In this document: positions 37,765-46,871 of the stretch, piece after piece
Numbering within the stretch: the stretch's first letter is position 1
Layout of the letters: every line of letters begins with the position of its first letter
Assembly (NCBI GenBank): GCA_966692625.1
Contig: CBKZAG010000001.1
Location: forward strand, 21,228 to 85,227
Source of the DNA: an uncultured Comamonadaceae bacterium
GTDB lineage: Bacteria; Pseudomonadota; Gammaproteobacteria; Burkholderiales; Burkholderiaceae_C
Reading direction: 5' to 3'
Length of the DNA: 64,000 nt
Notes under the pieces: model-generated
The model's input: the letters and a program-made list of their open reading frames with translations, nothing else
The model's database searches: none
What the model was told of the DNA's origin: nothing
Position numbers and translations under genes: made by a program

Positions 37765-38760
37765 ATGAATGCTTCCCCATTGCTGTCGGTGCGCCACCTG
37801 CGCGTGGAGATTCCGACGCGCCACAGTCCGCTGATTGCGCTTGACGACGTGAGTTTCGACATCGCCCGCGGTGAGATTCTCGGGTTCGTTGGAGAGTCCG
37901 GCGCTGGCAAGTCCCTCACCGGCATGGCCGTTCTGGGCTTGCTGGACCCGCCAGCGCACGTTGCCTCTGGCCAGATCATCTTCGACGGCGAAGCCATCCA
38001 GGCCTTGCCGCCAGCGCGCATGCGAGCCTTGCGCGGCCGCCGCATCGCGGCAGTTTTTCAGGACCCGCTGCTCAGCCTCAACCCGCTGCTCACCGTGGGC
38101 GATCAGCTGATCGAAACGCTGTGCACCCACCTGCCGCTTACCGCCGCAGAGGCCCGGGAGAGGGCGGTTGATTGGCTTCGCCGCGTCGGCATTCCGTCGC
38201 CTGCAGAGCGGGTCGACGCCTACCCGCACCAGTTCTCCGGCGGCATGCGCCAGCGCATCGTGATTGCGCTGGCACTCTGCGCCGAACCCGATCTGGTAGT
38301 GGCCGACGAGCCGACCACTGCGCTGGATGTATCGGTACAGGCTCAGGTGCTGGAGCTGTTGCGCCGCCTGTGCCAGGAACGCGGCACGGCGGTGCTGCTG
38401 GTAACGCACGACATGGGCGTGATATCGGAAAACGCCGATCGCGTGGCGGTGATGTACGCCGGACGCATTGCCGAAATTGGCCGGGTCGAGGACGTTGTCG
38501 GACGCCCCGCACACCCCTACACACACGGCCTGATGCGCTCCATTCCACCGCTGGACCACACGCCCAGTCAGCTCAAGCAGATCGATGGGGCGATGCCGCG
38601 CCTGTCAGCCCGCCCTGATGGTTGCGCATTTCACCCACGCTGCGAGCGTGCCACCGACATCTGCCGCCAGCAGCGCCCCAAACTGGTGGAACACCGCTGC
38701 GTCTCCTTGGCCTGCTGGTCCCCCGTTCTTGAACTGCCCCCCGTGGCGGAGGCCGCCTGA
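37765..38760 (+). CDS. ABC transporter ATP-binding protein (DppD/OppD-like)
   Basis: Walker A GESGAGKS, signature FSGGMRQR, Walker [12 protein letters not shown] and a C-terminal oligopeptide-type extension. The ATG at 37765 follows AAGGA; the alternative ATG is at 37750. Confidence 0.9.
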   Translation: MNASPLLSVRHLRVEIPTRHSPLIALDDVSFDIARGEILGFVGESGAGKSLTGMAVLGLLDPPAHVASGQIIFDGEAIQALPPARMRALRGRRIAAVFQDPLLSLNPLLTVGDQLIETLCTHLPLTAAEARERAVDWLRRVGIPSPAERVDAYPHQFSGGMRQRIVIALALCAEPDLVVADEPTTALDVSVQAQVLELLRRLCQERGTAVLLVTHDMGVISENADRVAVMYAGRIAEIGRVEDVVGRPAHPYTHGLMRSIPPLDHTPSQLKQIDGAMPRLSARPDGCAFHPRCERATDICRQQRPKLVEHRCVSLACWSPVLELPPVAEAA

Positions 38761-39743
38761 TGAATGCCAAACCTCAACCTTTGCTGAAGGTTTCCGACTT
38801 GACCCGCCAGTTCCAGGCGCAGGGCCGAACGGTGCGGGCGCTGTCTGGTGTGAGCCTGGACGTGCCGCGCGGCACCACCTTCAGCCTCGTCGGTGAATCG
38901 GGCTGCGGAAAGACGACCCTCGCACGCATCGTCGCCGGGCTTGATCGGGCCTCGTCGGGCGGCGTGCAATTCGCTGCCGAGTCGGGCAAACGGGCGCCGC
39001 GCGTGCAAATGGTCTTCCAGGACCCCTACGCGTCGCTCAACCCCCGCTGGCGCATCGGCCGCACCATTGCCGAACCCCTGGTGTTTCAGCGCTTGCGCCC
39101 GGTCGATCAGGTGCCGGCCCGCGTGGCCGAGTTGCTCCAGCGGGTGGGGCTGTCGGCCGCCGACGCCGAAAAGTACCCGCACGAGTTTTCCGGGGGCCAG
39201 CGCCAGCGCATCTCCATTGCCCGTGCACTGGCGGGTGAACCCGATTTTCTGGTGTGCGACGAGCCCACGTCAGCATTGGACGTGTCCGTGCAGGCCCAGA
39301 TTCTCAATCTGCTCAAGCGCCTGGAGGCGGAGGACGGCCTGACCAGCCTCTTCATCAGCCACAACCTGGCAGTGGTGCGGTTTGTCTCCACCACCGTCGG
39401 GGTGATGTACCTGGGGCGTCTGGTGGAAGTCGCGTCAACGGAAACCTTGTTCGACAACCCCAGGCACCCCTACACCCAGCTGCTGCTGGCTGCCATTCCC
39501 AGGGTAGGGCAGGGGCGCCGTGCAGCTGCCGTTCCCGCGGGGGACCTCCCCAGCCCGCTGGCGCCGCCGCCTGGCTGTGCCTTCCACCCGCGTTGTGCGA
39601 TGGCGGCCGACATCTGCCGGCGCGAAACCCCCGAGTTGCGCCGCCTGCCCGACGGTGCGTCCGTCGCCTGCCACGCCGTTGCAATCACCCAGCCAGTGCG
39701 CTTCATGCCGCGCGCAGCCGCAGCCATACCCGTGGCCGCCTAG
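38760..39743 (+). CDS. ABC transporter ATP-binding protein (DppF/OppF-like)
   Basis: Walker A GESGCGKTT, signature FSGGQRQR and Walker B LVCDEPTSALD. It overlaps the upstream stop by one base (TGATG). Confidence 0.9.
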   Translation: MNAKPQPLLKVSDLTRQFQAQGRTVRALSGVSLDVPRGTTFSLVGESGCGKTTLARIVAGLDRASSGGVQFAAESGKRAPRVQMVFQDPYASLNPRWRIGRTIAEPLVFQRLRPVDQVPARVAELLQRVGLSAADAEKYPHEFSGGQRQRISIARALAGEPDFLVCDEPTSALDVSVQAQILNLLKRLEAEDGLTSLFISHNLAVVRFVSTTVGVMYLGRLVEVASTETLFDNPRHPYTQLLLAAIPRVGQGRRAAAVPAGDLPSPLAPPPGCAFHPRCAMAADICRRETPELRRLPDGASVACHAVAITQPVRFMPRAAAAIPVAA

Positions 39744-39776
39744 GCTGACCGCGTACACCTCAGGACCATAGAACCC

Positions 39777-41225
39777 ATGACACCCACCACCATCGACCTG
39801 TTGATTGACAACGGCACGGTTTTCACACTTGACCCTCAGCGCCGCATCCTCGCAAACGCCTCCGTGGCGGTCAATGGTGACCGCATCGTCGCCGTGGGCG
39901 ACGCAGCCGACCTGCGTGCGCGTTACCAGCCACGCCAAGTCCTGGACGCCCGCCGCAAAGCGGTGCTGCCAGGCCTGATCGACAGCCACGCCCACGCCGG
40001 GCACGGCATGCTGCGCACCATGGGCACGGGAGCAGGCCCGGGAGCATGGATGCAGGCCGCAGCCAAGATCTACACCGCCGCGTCCGACGAACATTTCTGG
40101 CATGCCGAGGCGGCCTTGGCGTCGCTGGAGAAACTCAAGGCTGGCGTCACCACCGGCGTTTCACTGTTCGGTGGAGGCGACTCCATCATGCGCGTGGACG
40201 ATCCAAAGTACGCACGCGCCCATGGCGATGCCATCGAGGCCGCCGGAACGCGTGCCGTTCTGGCCGTCGGACCGTCGCGTCCGCCCGCGCCGCGTACCTA
40301 TACCGACTGGGCGGCGCAACCGCCAACCGAGCACGAGATCGATGCCGAAACCATGATGGCCGTGTGCGAGCAGATCGTGCGAGAGAACCACGGCCGCGCC
40401 AGCGGCCGTCTGCAGATGGCGGTGAACCTTGCCGTTTTCGCGCCAATGCACGAGCCCGCCCACGAAGCCTTGCGCGCCCAGTTCGAGCGCCAGGCCACCG
40501 ACGGTGTGGCACTGGCCAAGCGGCATGGCCTGGGCCTGACCCAGGACGGTCACCGCGCAGGGACCATTGCGCTGGCTCGCGAACTGGGCTTGCTCGGGCC
40601 GCGTTCGTTCATGTCGCACAGCATCGATTTGACCGCGGCCGACATGACGGCCGCGCTGGAGACCGGCACGCATATCGTGCACAACCCCAGCGCGATCATG
40701 TCGATCCTGGGGCGCTGCCCGGTGCCCGAGCTGATCGAGCGCGGTGTCAACGTGGTACTCGGCTCGGACGGGTCGGCACCAGACCGTGGCTACGACATGT
40801 TCCGCCACATGTTCCAGGCCATGCACTACCACCGCCGCCATTTCCGCGACCCTGACGTGCTGCCGCACGGCAAGGTGCTCGAAATGTGCACCATCGACGC
40901 GGCGCGTGCGCTGGGGCTGGCAGACGAAATCGGGTCGCTGGAGACCGGCAAGAAGGCCGACATCATTCTGGTCGACCTGTTCAAGCCGCACATGATGCCG
41001 CTGAACATGCCGCTGATGCGCGTCACATGCTTCGCCAACGCCGCCGATGTGGACACCACCATTGTCGACGGGCGCGTGCTGATGCAAGGGCGCCAGGTGC
41101 TCAGCGTCAATGAAACAGAAGTGATGGAGCAGGCCCAAGAAGCTTGCGAGCGGATGCTGGACCGCAGCGGTCTGCGGCACCTCACTGACATGCCTGCGCA
41201 TCTTTGGGGCGCTGCGCATTACTGA
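39777..41225 (+). CDS. Amidohydrolase-superfamily protein (aminohydrolase/deaminase/chlorohydrolase-like)
   Basis: Metal-binding HxH (IDSHAHAGHG), downstream His/Asp motifs (HSI.., SDG) and the N-terminal beta-sandwich pattern (LLIDNGTVFT...VAVNGDRIVAVG). Confidence 0.8.
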   Translation: MTPTTIDLLIDNGTVFTLDPQRRILANASVAVNGDRIVAVGDAADLRARYQPRQVLDARRKAVLPGLIDSHAHAGHGMLRTMGTGAGPGAWMQAAAKIYTAASDEHFWHAEAALASLEKLKAGVTTGVSLFGGGDSIMRVDDPKYARAHGDAIEAAGTRAVLAVGPSRPPAPRTYTDWAAQPPTEHEIDAETMMAVCEQIVRENHGRASGRLQMAVNLAVFAPMHEPAHEALRAQFERQATDGVALAKRHGLGLTQDGHRAGTIALARELGLLGPRSFMSHSIDLTAADMTAALETGTHIVHNPSAIMSILGRCPVPELIERGVNVVLGSDGSAPDRGYDMFRHMFQAMHYHRRHFRDPDVLPHGKVLEMCTIDAARALGLADEIGSLETGKKADIILVDLFKPHMMPLNMPLMRVTCFANAADVDTTIVDGRVLMQGRQVLSVNETEVMEQAQEACERMLDRSGLRHLTDMPAHLWGAAHY

Positions 41226-41264
41226 GGTCTAAGACCAGCCTTCTTGTCGTTGTTCCATACAGCC

Positions 41265-41293
41265 GGGGCCCAGCCAGTGATGCGCTGGGCCCC
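41265..41293. terminator. GC-rich hairpin between convergent genes (candidate bidirectional terminator)
   Basis: GGGGCCCAGC - 9-nt loop - GCTGGGCCCC, a 10-bp perfect stem read directly. It lies between the stops at 41225 (+) and 41331 (-). There is no clear U-tract. Confidence 0.45.
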
Positions 41294-41330
41294 GAGTCCT
41301 TTGGGCGTTCGGTAGAAGTTCGCCCGCTCG

Positions 41331-42773
41331 TCAAACTTTGACGTGATGCCGAGCCAAGGCGTTGTATATGACACCGCCAAGCACGGCCCCGATCACCCAG
41401 TTGTAGCCCGAGAGAAATTCGAACCAGGGAACCCAGACCGTGGCCACCGAGAAGATCGCGGCGGACCCGAATGCCTTGACTGCAACACGGTTCCAGCCTT
41501 CGGCATAGTGGTAGCGCCCGCCGTCCATGTTGTAGAGGTCGTCGAGGTCAAGCCGCTGCTTGCGATGCAGGTAGTAGTCCACGATCATGATCCCGAAAAT
41601 CGGCGCCAGGGTCGCACCCAGGGTGTTCACGAAGCCGCTGATGCCGAACTCGCTGATGAAGCTGTTCCAGAAGCCGCCGATGACCAGCGCGAACAATGAC
41701 GTGATGATCCCGGCCTTGCGGAAGGTGATCTTTTCGGGGGCCAAGTTGGCTATACCGTTGACCGCGGGTATGAAGTTGGCCACCAGGTTGATGCCCACCG
41801 TGGCCGCAAAGAAGGTAATCGCAGCAATCACGCTGAGCAGCACGCTGTCGGTGCGCTCCACGATCTCTGTGGGGTTGATGATCGCCTCACCAAACACCAC
41901 CGCTGCACCCCCCGTTGTCAGCAACGCCAGTGCCGAGAACAGAATCATGTTGAAGGGCAGACCGGTGAGGTTGCCGATCTTCATCGTCCGCTTGTCCTTG
42001 GCATAGCGTGAAAAGTCGCTGAAGTTGATCATCACCGCAGCAAAGTACGCAACCATGGTGCCGACGATGGCGATGAAGCCCTTGAACTCCGTGGCCCAGG
42101 TGCCTTCCGGGTTGGCAAAGATGGTCGCTGTGGCCTCAAGAAGGCGGCCGTCGGACCGTTGCCACAGCACGATCACCAGGCCGATCATCACCACGTAGAC
42201 GAACGGGCCTGCGATGTTCAGAAAGGTCTCCACCCAGCTCATGCCTCGCCAGAAGATGAGGATGTGGAATACCCAGACAAGGAAGAAGGACAGCCAGTCG
42301 ATTCCGGTCAATCCCAGGAACTCGGCGCCGCCGCTGGCACCGGTCACCGAGCGGATCAACAAGGCGAGGGCGGTGGAAGCGAAATACACCTGCACCCCGT
42401 ACCAGAACACGGCAACGGTGGAGCGCAGCACGGCCGGCAACTTGGCACCTTGGGTGCCCAGGCTGGCCCGTGCCAGCACCGGGTACGGAATTCCGTACTT
42501 TTCGCCTGCGGCCCCCGACAAGTTGACCATCCACATGACGAACAGCCCTGCCGCTATCAACGCGGCAAAGGCGGTCCAACCTCCAACGCCGTAGGAAATG
42601 AAGAGCGACGCCACCAAGGTATAGCCAAAGAGCGACTGCACATCGTTTGCCCAGATGTTGAAGATGGCGAACCATCCCCAGTTCTTTTCGGACGCGCCGA
42701 CCGGGTTGAGCACGTTGCTTTCAGGATCGAGGGTGTTGCCTCGGTCAACGTGAGAGGGTTCTGCAGGTTTCAT
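41331..42773 (-). CDS. NCS1-family nucleobase/allantoin/hydantoin:cation symporter
   Basis: ORF 41331..42836, trimmed to the ATG at 42773, which is preceded by GGAGAC. NCS1-like N-terminus (NWGWFAIFNIWANDVQSLFGY) and 12 predicted TM segments. Confidence 0.85.
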   Translation of the reverse strand: MKPAEPSHVDRGNTLDPESNVLNPVGASEKNWGWFAIFNIWANDVQSLFGYTLVASLFISYGVGGWTAFAALIAAGLFVMWMVNLSGAAGEKYGIPYPVLARASLGTQGAKLPAVLRSTVAVFWYGVQVYFASTALALLIRSVTGASGGAEFLGLTGIDWLSFFLVWVFHILIFWRGMSWVETFLNIAGPFVYVVMIGLVIVLWQRSDGRLLEATATIFANPEGTWATEFKGFIAIVGTMVAYFAAVMINFSDFSRYAKDKRTMKIGNLTGLPFNMILFSALALLTTGGAAVVFGEAIINPTEIVERTDSVLLSVIAAITFFAATVGINLVANFIPAVNGIANLAPEKITFRKAGIITSLFALVIGGFWNSFISEFGISGFVNTLGATLAPIFGIMIVDYYLHRKQRLDLDDLYNMDGGRYHYAEGWNRVAVKAFGSAAIFSVATVWVPWFEFLSGYNWVIGAVLGGVIYNALARHHVKV

Positions 42774-42792
42774 GGTTGTCTCCAGTGTTTGC

Positions 42793-42807
42793 ATACATTG
42801 CATGTAT
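42793..42807. promoter_or_regulatory. Inverted repeat ATACAT-TGC-ATGTAT in the AT-rich promoter region of the NCS1 gene
   Basis: Read directly. A second dyad TGTATA-N5-TATACA follows immediately (about 42804-42820). This is a local AT-rich island in otherwise GC-rich DNA. Confidence 0.3.
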
Positions 42808-43001
42808 ATTTTGTATACAACTATAGAATGCAGCAATGGGTGCAGAGTCGGTGTTTACCCTCGGTTGACCAGCAACAGGCACGCATATGAACGGAATGCA
42901 CAAAAAAACGAGGTGGGAGTGAATCCATTCGTTACCTGACTGCGTATTGCAGGTATCGGGCCGACATGGTGTCGTGCCCGATACCCAAGAAAGGACCAGT
43001 C

Positions 43002-43586
43002 ATGAATACCACGACCATCCATCGTCCCGGCCTTGAGCGCCGTGGGTTTTTGGCCAACAGCGGCAAGCTGTCTGCCGTCGCCATTGCCATGCTGGCCGGG
43101 CGGGAGGCCCTGGCTCAGGGCATGCCAGGCAATGCGGCGCAAGACGTCGGGATCTTGAACGTTGCACTGGGGCTTGAGCACGAGGCCATCAACGCCTACC
43201 AGCTGGGTGCGGGCAGCGGTTTGCTGGACAAGGGCGTGCTGGCGGTGGCGTTGCAGTTCCAAGGGCACCACAAAGCCCACCGCGATGCGCTGGTGGCCAC
43301 CATTCGCAAGCTCGGCGGCCAGCCAGCGGCGGAACAGCGGCTGGACGAATACGCCAAGGCACTCGGTGCGTCAGGTCTCAAGAGCCAGAACGACGTCCTC
43401 GATCTGGCCGCGCGTCTGGAACTGGGTGCTGCCAACGCATACATCGGCGTCATACCGTCTTTTGCCGACCGGCAGCTCTCCAAGGTTGCCGCCCGCCTGG
43501 CAGCCGATGAAACCTTGCACTACACCGTGCTGACCCAGGTGCTCGGCCGTCCCCTGCCGGCGAATGCACTGTCTTTCGGCGGCTGA
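43002..43586 (+). CDS. Tat-exported ferritin-like domain protein
   Basis: ORF 42966..43586, trimmed to the ATG at 43002. It has a twin-arginine motif (ERRGFLANSG) and a four-helix ferritin-like pattern with E..H pairs (LEHEAINAY, FQGHHKAH, LELGAANAY, ADETLHY). Confidence 0.65.
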   Translation: MNTTTIHRPGLERRGFLANSGKLSAVAIAMLAGREALAQGMPGNAAQDVGILNVALGLEHEAINAYQLGAGSGLLDKGVLAVALQFQGHHKAHRDALVATIRKLGGQPAAEQRLDEYAKALGASGLKSQNDVLDLAARLELGAANAYIGVIPSFADRQLSKVAARLAADETLHYTVLTQVLGRPLPANALSFGG

Positions 43587-43588
43587 GG

Positions 43589-44398
43589 TCAAAGGTGGAG
43601 AGAGCGGATCAGGCGCCCGCTGAAAAGCACCGGGCCGGTCGGTCCGCTCTCGTCAGAAACACCGCCTTTGGGTTCCAGGCTGATAGCGAGTGCAGGAATT
43701 TCCTTGACCGCTTCCGCCCGCGCAGCCAACTGCAACAGCCGATCGGTGCCAAGGACGCCGAGCGACCGGGGTTTGCCACCCGGGGGGAGCGCCCAGAGTT
43801 GCAGTGACTTGTCGGGGGCCTCCTGGTAAGTCCCCACCCGTTGCAGCGTCAGGCGTTGCCGGCTGGTGTCGAACGTCACCAGCACCTCTGCGCCGCCAGT
43901 CTGTGATGCGGCGCCGCTGAGCACAGCCACGTATTCGATGCGCGACTGGTTGCTGGCAAGAACCGCCATCTCGGCCTGAAGCTGGGCAACGTCTTCCCCG
44001 GCCTGGCGCTGCACGCCAACAGTGACCCACGCCAGCACCGCCAAGGCCAAACTGGCCGCGCCCGTGGCGCCGCGCCAGAAACCCAGGCCCGCCCACCAGG
44101 CAGCGCGTTCAGCGGGGGCAGAGGAGGGGGACGCACGCTGCCGCAAGAGCGCGGCCTGTTGCGTCTCGATATCGATCTGGTTGCGGATGCGGGTCCAGAC
44201 CGCAGCGTCGGGCTGAAGCCCGGGCTCAAGTTCGGTGAGACCGGAGATGCGAGTCTGCCAGACCATTGCCGCTGCACGCACGGCTGGGTGCTGCCTGGCC
44301 AACGACTCAAACCGGCGCCTGGCGCCTCCACGCAAGGTCCCCAGGGCATAGGCTGACGCCAGGCGGTCGATCAGTTCCGGGCGACGAACAAGGTTCAT
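43589..44398 (-). CDS. Anti-sigma factor (RskA-like, single-pass membrane)
   Basis: It lies immediately downstream of the ECF sigma gene. The N-terminus is an anti-sigma domain (LASAYALGTL...), followed by a central TM segment (GAASLALAVLAWVTV) and an extracytoplasmic C-terminal domain. Confidence 0.65.
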   Translation of the reverse strand: MNLVRRPELIDRLASAYALGTLRGGARRRFESLARQHPAVRAAAMVWQTRISGLTELEPGLQPDAAVWTRIRNQIDIETQQAALLRQRASPSSAPAERAAWWAGLGFWRGATGAASLALAVLAWVTVGVQRQAGEDVAQLQAEMAVLASNQSRIEYVAVLSGAASQTGGAEVLVTFDTSRQRLTLQRVGTYQEAPDKSLQLWALPPGGKPRSLGVLGTDRLLQLAARAEAVKEIPALAISLEPKGGVSDESGPTGPVLFSGRLIRSLHL

Positions 44399-44410
44399 GA
44401 GGTCTCCGCT

Positions 44411-44986
44411 TCAGGCAAATTGGGCCATGCAGCCGCGCAGTCTGTCCAAGCCGCGGCGAATCCAGCTTTTGACGGTGCCCAGGGGCAGACGCAGCTGTTC
44501 CGCCAGTTCGCCATGGCTCAAGTCACGCAGGTAGGCCAGCGTCACCACCTCGCGCTGTTTGTGATCCAGCTGCGACAAACATCTGTGCAGCGCCTGGGCT
44601 TGCTGGCTCGCATAGAGTAGATCGAGAGACGTTGTGTCTTCGCTCGCCAGCTGTCCGGCCAGGACGTCATCCAACTCCTGGGTCATGTTCGAGCGTTCGG
44701 CATGGTGGCGCCGCAGCATGTCCAGGCTGCGGCTGCGAACGATCAAGCCCATCCAGGCCATGGGCGGGCTGAGGCTGGAACGGTAACCGGGCGCAGAACG
44801 CCAGATGTAGAGGAAACTCTCCTGCAATGCATCCTCCGCCCATTCGGTCTTGCCCAACACCCGCATGGCCACGCCGTACAGCCGGGCGGACACGGCGTCG
44901 TACAACGCCTTCAGCGCCGATTCGTCACGTAACGCGATGCGATCGATGAGTTCCATCAGAGCGGTTTCCGAATCCATGGGGTTCAT
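44411..44986 (-). CDS. ECF-type RNA polymerase sigma-70 family factor
   Basis: ORF 44411..45061, trimmed to the ATG at 44986. Region 2 (EDALQESFLYIW) and region 4 HTH (REVVTLAYLRDLSHGELAEQLRLPLGTVKSWIRRGL) are present. Confidence 0.85.
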   Translation of the reverse strand: MNPMDSETALMELIDRIALRDESALKALYDAVSARLYGVAMRVLGKTEWAEDALQESFLYIWRSAPGYRSSLSPPMAWMGLIVRSRSLDMLRRHHAERSNMTQELDDVLAGQLASEDTTSLDLLYASQQAQALHRCLSQLDHKQREVVTLAYLRDLSHGELAEQLRLPLGTVKSWIRRGLDRLRGCMAQFA

Positions 44987-45097
44987 GTGTGGGTCTTTGG
45001 AGTGTGTACGGATGGAAACGGCATTTGGATGCGCTTGTGTGGAGGCAACGGGCGATTCCACCCGTTGCGCGCCCTGCCAGGAAAGCAGAGCGGGCCG

Positions 45098-46855
45098 TCA
45101 GCGGGCACCCAGGGTGCTGGCTGTGGCCTCACTCGAGATGGGTGTGTTCCACGAATGGACGAATTGCTCGAACTCTGCGGCGGTCATGGGTTTGCCAATC
45201 AGGTATCCCTGAATCATGTCACAGCCATGGCTGTGCAGGAACGACTGCTGCGCCTCGGTCTCGACGCCTTCGGCCAGAACTTCCATGCGCAGATGGTGTG
45301 CCATCGAGATGACGCTGAGCGCTATACCCGCCGAGCCACTGTCGTGGATGATGTCCCTGATGAAACACTTGTCGATCTTGAGTTTGCTGACGGGCAGCTG
45401 TTTCAGATAACCCAGGCTCGAAAAGCCGGTGCCGAAATCGTCGATAGAGAAGTGGATCCCGAGGTGGCGCAGTCCCTCCAGCTTTTCCAGCGTACCTTCG
45501 ACACGGTCCATCATCACGGACTCGGTCAGCTCCAACTCCAGGCGGCTGGCGGGAAGTCCGGTTCGGCCCAGCACGCCCTGCACCATTTCAACGAAGTTGG
45601 GCCGCTGGACTTGCACGCCGGAAACGTTCACCGCCACCGGGCAGTCAAGCAGCCCTTGTTCAACCCAGAGCCGGTGTTGTTCACATGCGTTTTCCAGCAC
45701 CCATTCACCAACGGGAACGATCATTCCCGTTTCTTCAGCCAGGGGAATGAATATGTCGGGGCTGACAAAGCCATGTGCGGGTATTTGCCAGCGCAGCAAA
45801 ACCTCCAGGCCGCAGATTCGTCTGGTCTGGAGATCGAGTTGTGGCTGAAAGCGCAAGGAAAGCTGCTCTCTCGTCAACGCCTGACGAAATGCTGTGCGCA
45901 GCGAGAAGAGGTCCCTGTCACCCGCATGCAACTCGTCCAGTTCAAAACAGCCGCGGCCTGCGTATTTGGCTTTCTTCAAGGCCGCCTCGGCCCGGCGCAA
46001 GCACATGTCGGCGTCCTCATGCCCTGGGGCAACGAGTACCGCACCGAGGCTGGCCTTGCAGTCCACCGCCTGTCCTTCGATCACCACAGACTCCTGCAGG
46101 GTCGTCAGGATGTTTGCGGCCAACTGCCTCAACGTCGGCATGTCGGCCGCCTGGCTCTTGAGCAGGGCGAAATTGTCGCCCCCGATGCGGCCAACCGTGT
46201 CCGAAACATCGGCGTACTGCAGGAGGCGGCGGCCTGTCTCCGTCAACACGAGGTCTCCAACCTTGTGTCCATACGCCTCGTTCACATCCCTGAAGTGGTC
46301 CAGGTTCACCACCAATACGGCAGCGGGGCGCTGAAGGTCCCGCCCGCGCTCAAGCGCCTCGCCAAACCGGTCAAGAAACAGTTTGCGGTTGGGCAACTGG
46401 GTCAGGCTGTCTTGCACGGCACTTTTCAGTTGGCGCCGCTCCAGCTGAACGCGATCAGTGACGTCGCGCAAAACGCCGAGGACGTGGGTAATGATGCCGT
46501 TGGCGTTTTGCACGGGAACGATATTCAGCTCGTTCCAGAAAAGCCGCCCATCCTTGCGGTAATTGCGTATCACCACCTTGCACGGCACGCCCTGCCGAAT
46601 GGCCTCACGCAATACGGTGCGCTCGGGCTGGTCGCGGTCGGCTTCCTGGAGCATGCGGCAGTTGCGGCCGAGAATTTCCTCGGCTTTGTACCCGGTCATC
46701 TGTTCGAAACCGGGGTTGACAAAAATGACGGGTTGATCTTTGGCCTGTGCGTCCACCACCACGACGCTGTCGCTGGCGGCCAGCAAGAACGAGCGCCCGA
46801 GGTCATGCCAGGGCAGGGGAGGTAGACCGCTCGGGTTGGATTGCGCGCTGCTCAT
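45098..46855 (-). CDS. LOV(PAS)-GGDEF(degenerate, GGDNF)-EAL(EVL) protein; predicted blue-light-regulated c-di-GMP phosphodiesterase
   Basis: ORF 45098..47371, trimmed to the ATG at 46855. The LOV signature PVIFVNPGFEQMTGYKAEEILGRNCRMLQ...NYRKDGRLFWNELNI is present, with the Cys codon at 46658-46660. The GGDEF motif reads GGDNF (46169-46183). EAL-domain residues are present: EVL, NVS, ELTE, DDFGTG, KIDK, EGVE and QGY. Confidence 0.85.
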   Translation of the reverse strand: MSSAQSNPSGLPPLPWHDLGRSFLLAASDSVVVVDAQAKDQPVIFVNPGFEQMTGYKAEEILGRNCRMLQEADRDQPERTVLREAIRQGVPCKVVIRNYRKDGRLFWNELNIVPVQNANGIITHVLGVLRDVTDRVQLERRQLKSAVQDSLTQLPNRKLFLDRFGEALERGRDLQRPAAVLVVNLDHFRDVNEAYGHKVGDLVLTETGRRLLQYADVSDTVGRIGGDNFALLKSQAADMPTLRQLAANILTTLQESVVIEGQAVDCKASLGAVLVAPGHEDADMCLRRAEAALKKAKYAGRGCFELDELHAGDRDLFSLRTAFRQALTREQLSLRFQPQLDLQTRRICGLEVLLRWQIPAHGFVSPDIFIPLAEETGMIVPVGEWVLENACEQHRLWVEQGLLDCPVAVNVSGVQVQRPNFVEMVQGVLGRTGLPASRLELELTESVMMDRVEGTLEKLEGLRHLGIHFSIDDFGTGFSSLGYLKQLPVSKLKIDKCFIRDIIHDSGSAGIALSVISMAHHLRMEVLAEGVETEAQQSFLHSHGCDMIQGYLIGKPMTAAEFEQFVHSWNTPISSEATASTLGAR

Positions 46856-46871
46856 TGTTGTCTGTCCCGTT

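Noticed and set aside
45046-45067. Hairpin CAACGGG-N8-CCCGTTG after the LOV gene as a rho-independent terminator
   Set aside because: The stem is only 7 bp and no U-tract follows on the minus strand. That is too weak to call a terminator, so it is mentioned only in the ECF-sigma finding.
44987-46825. A 612-aa plus-strand ORF antisense to the LOV-GGDEF-EAL gene
   Set aside because: It has no recognisable motifs and lies fully within a well-supported minus-strand gene. This is a typical shadow ORF of GC-rich DNA.
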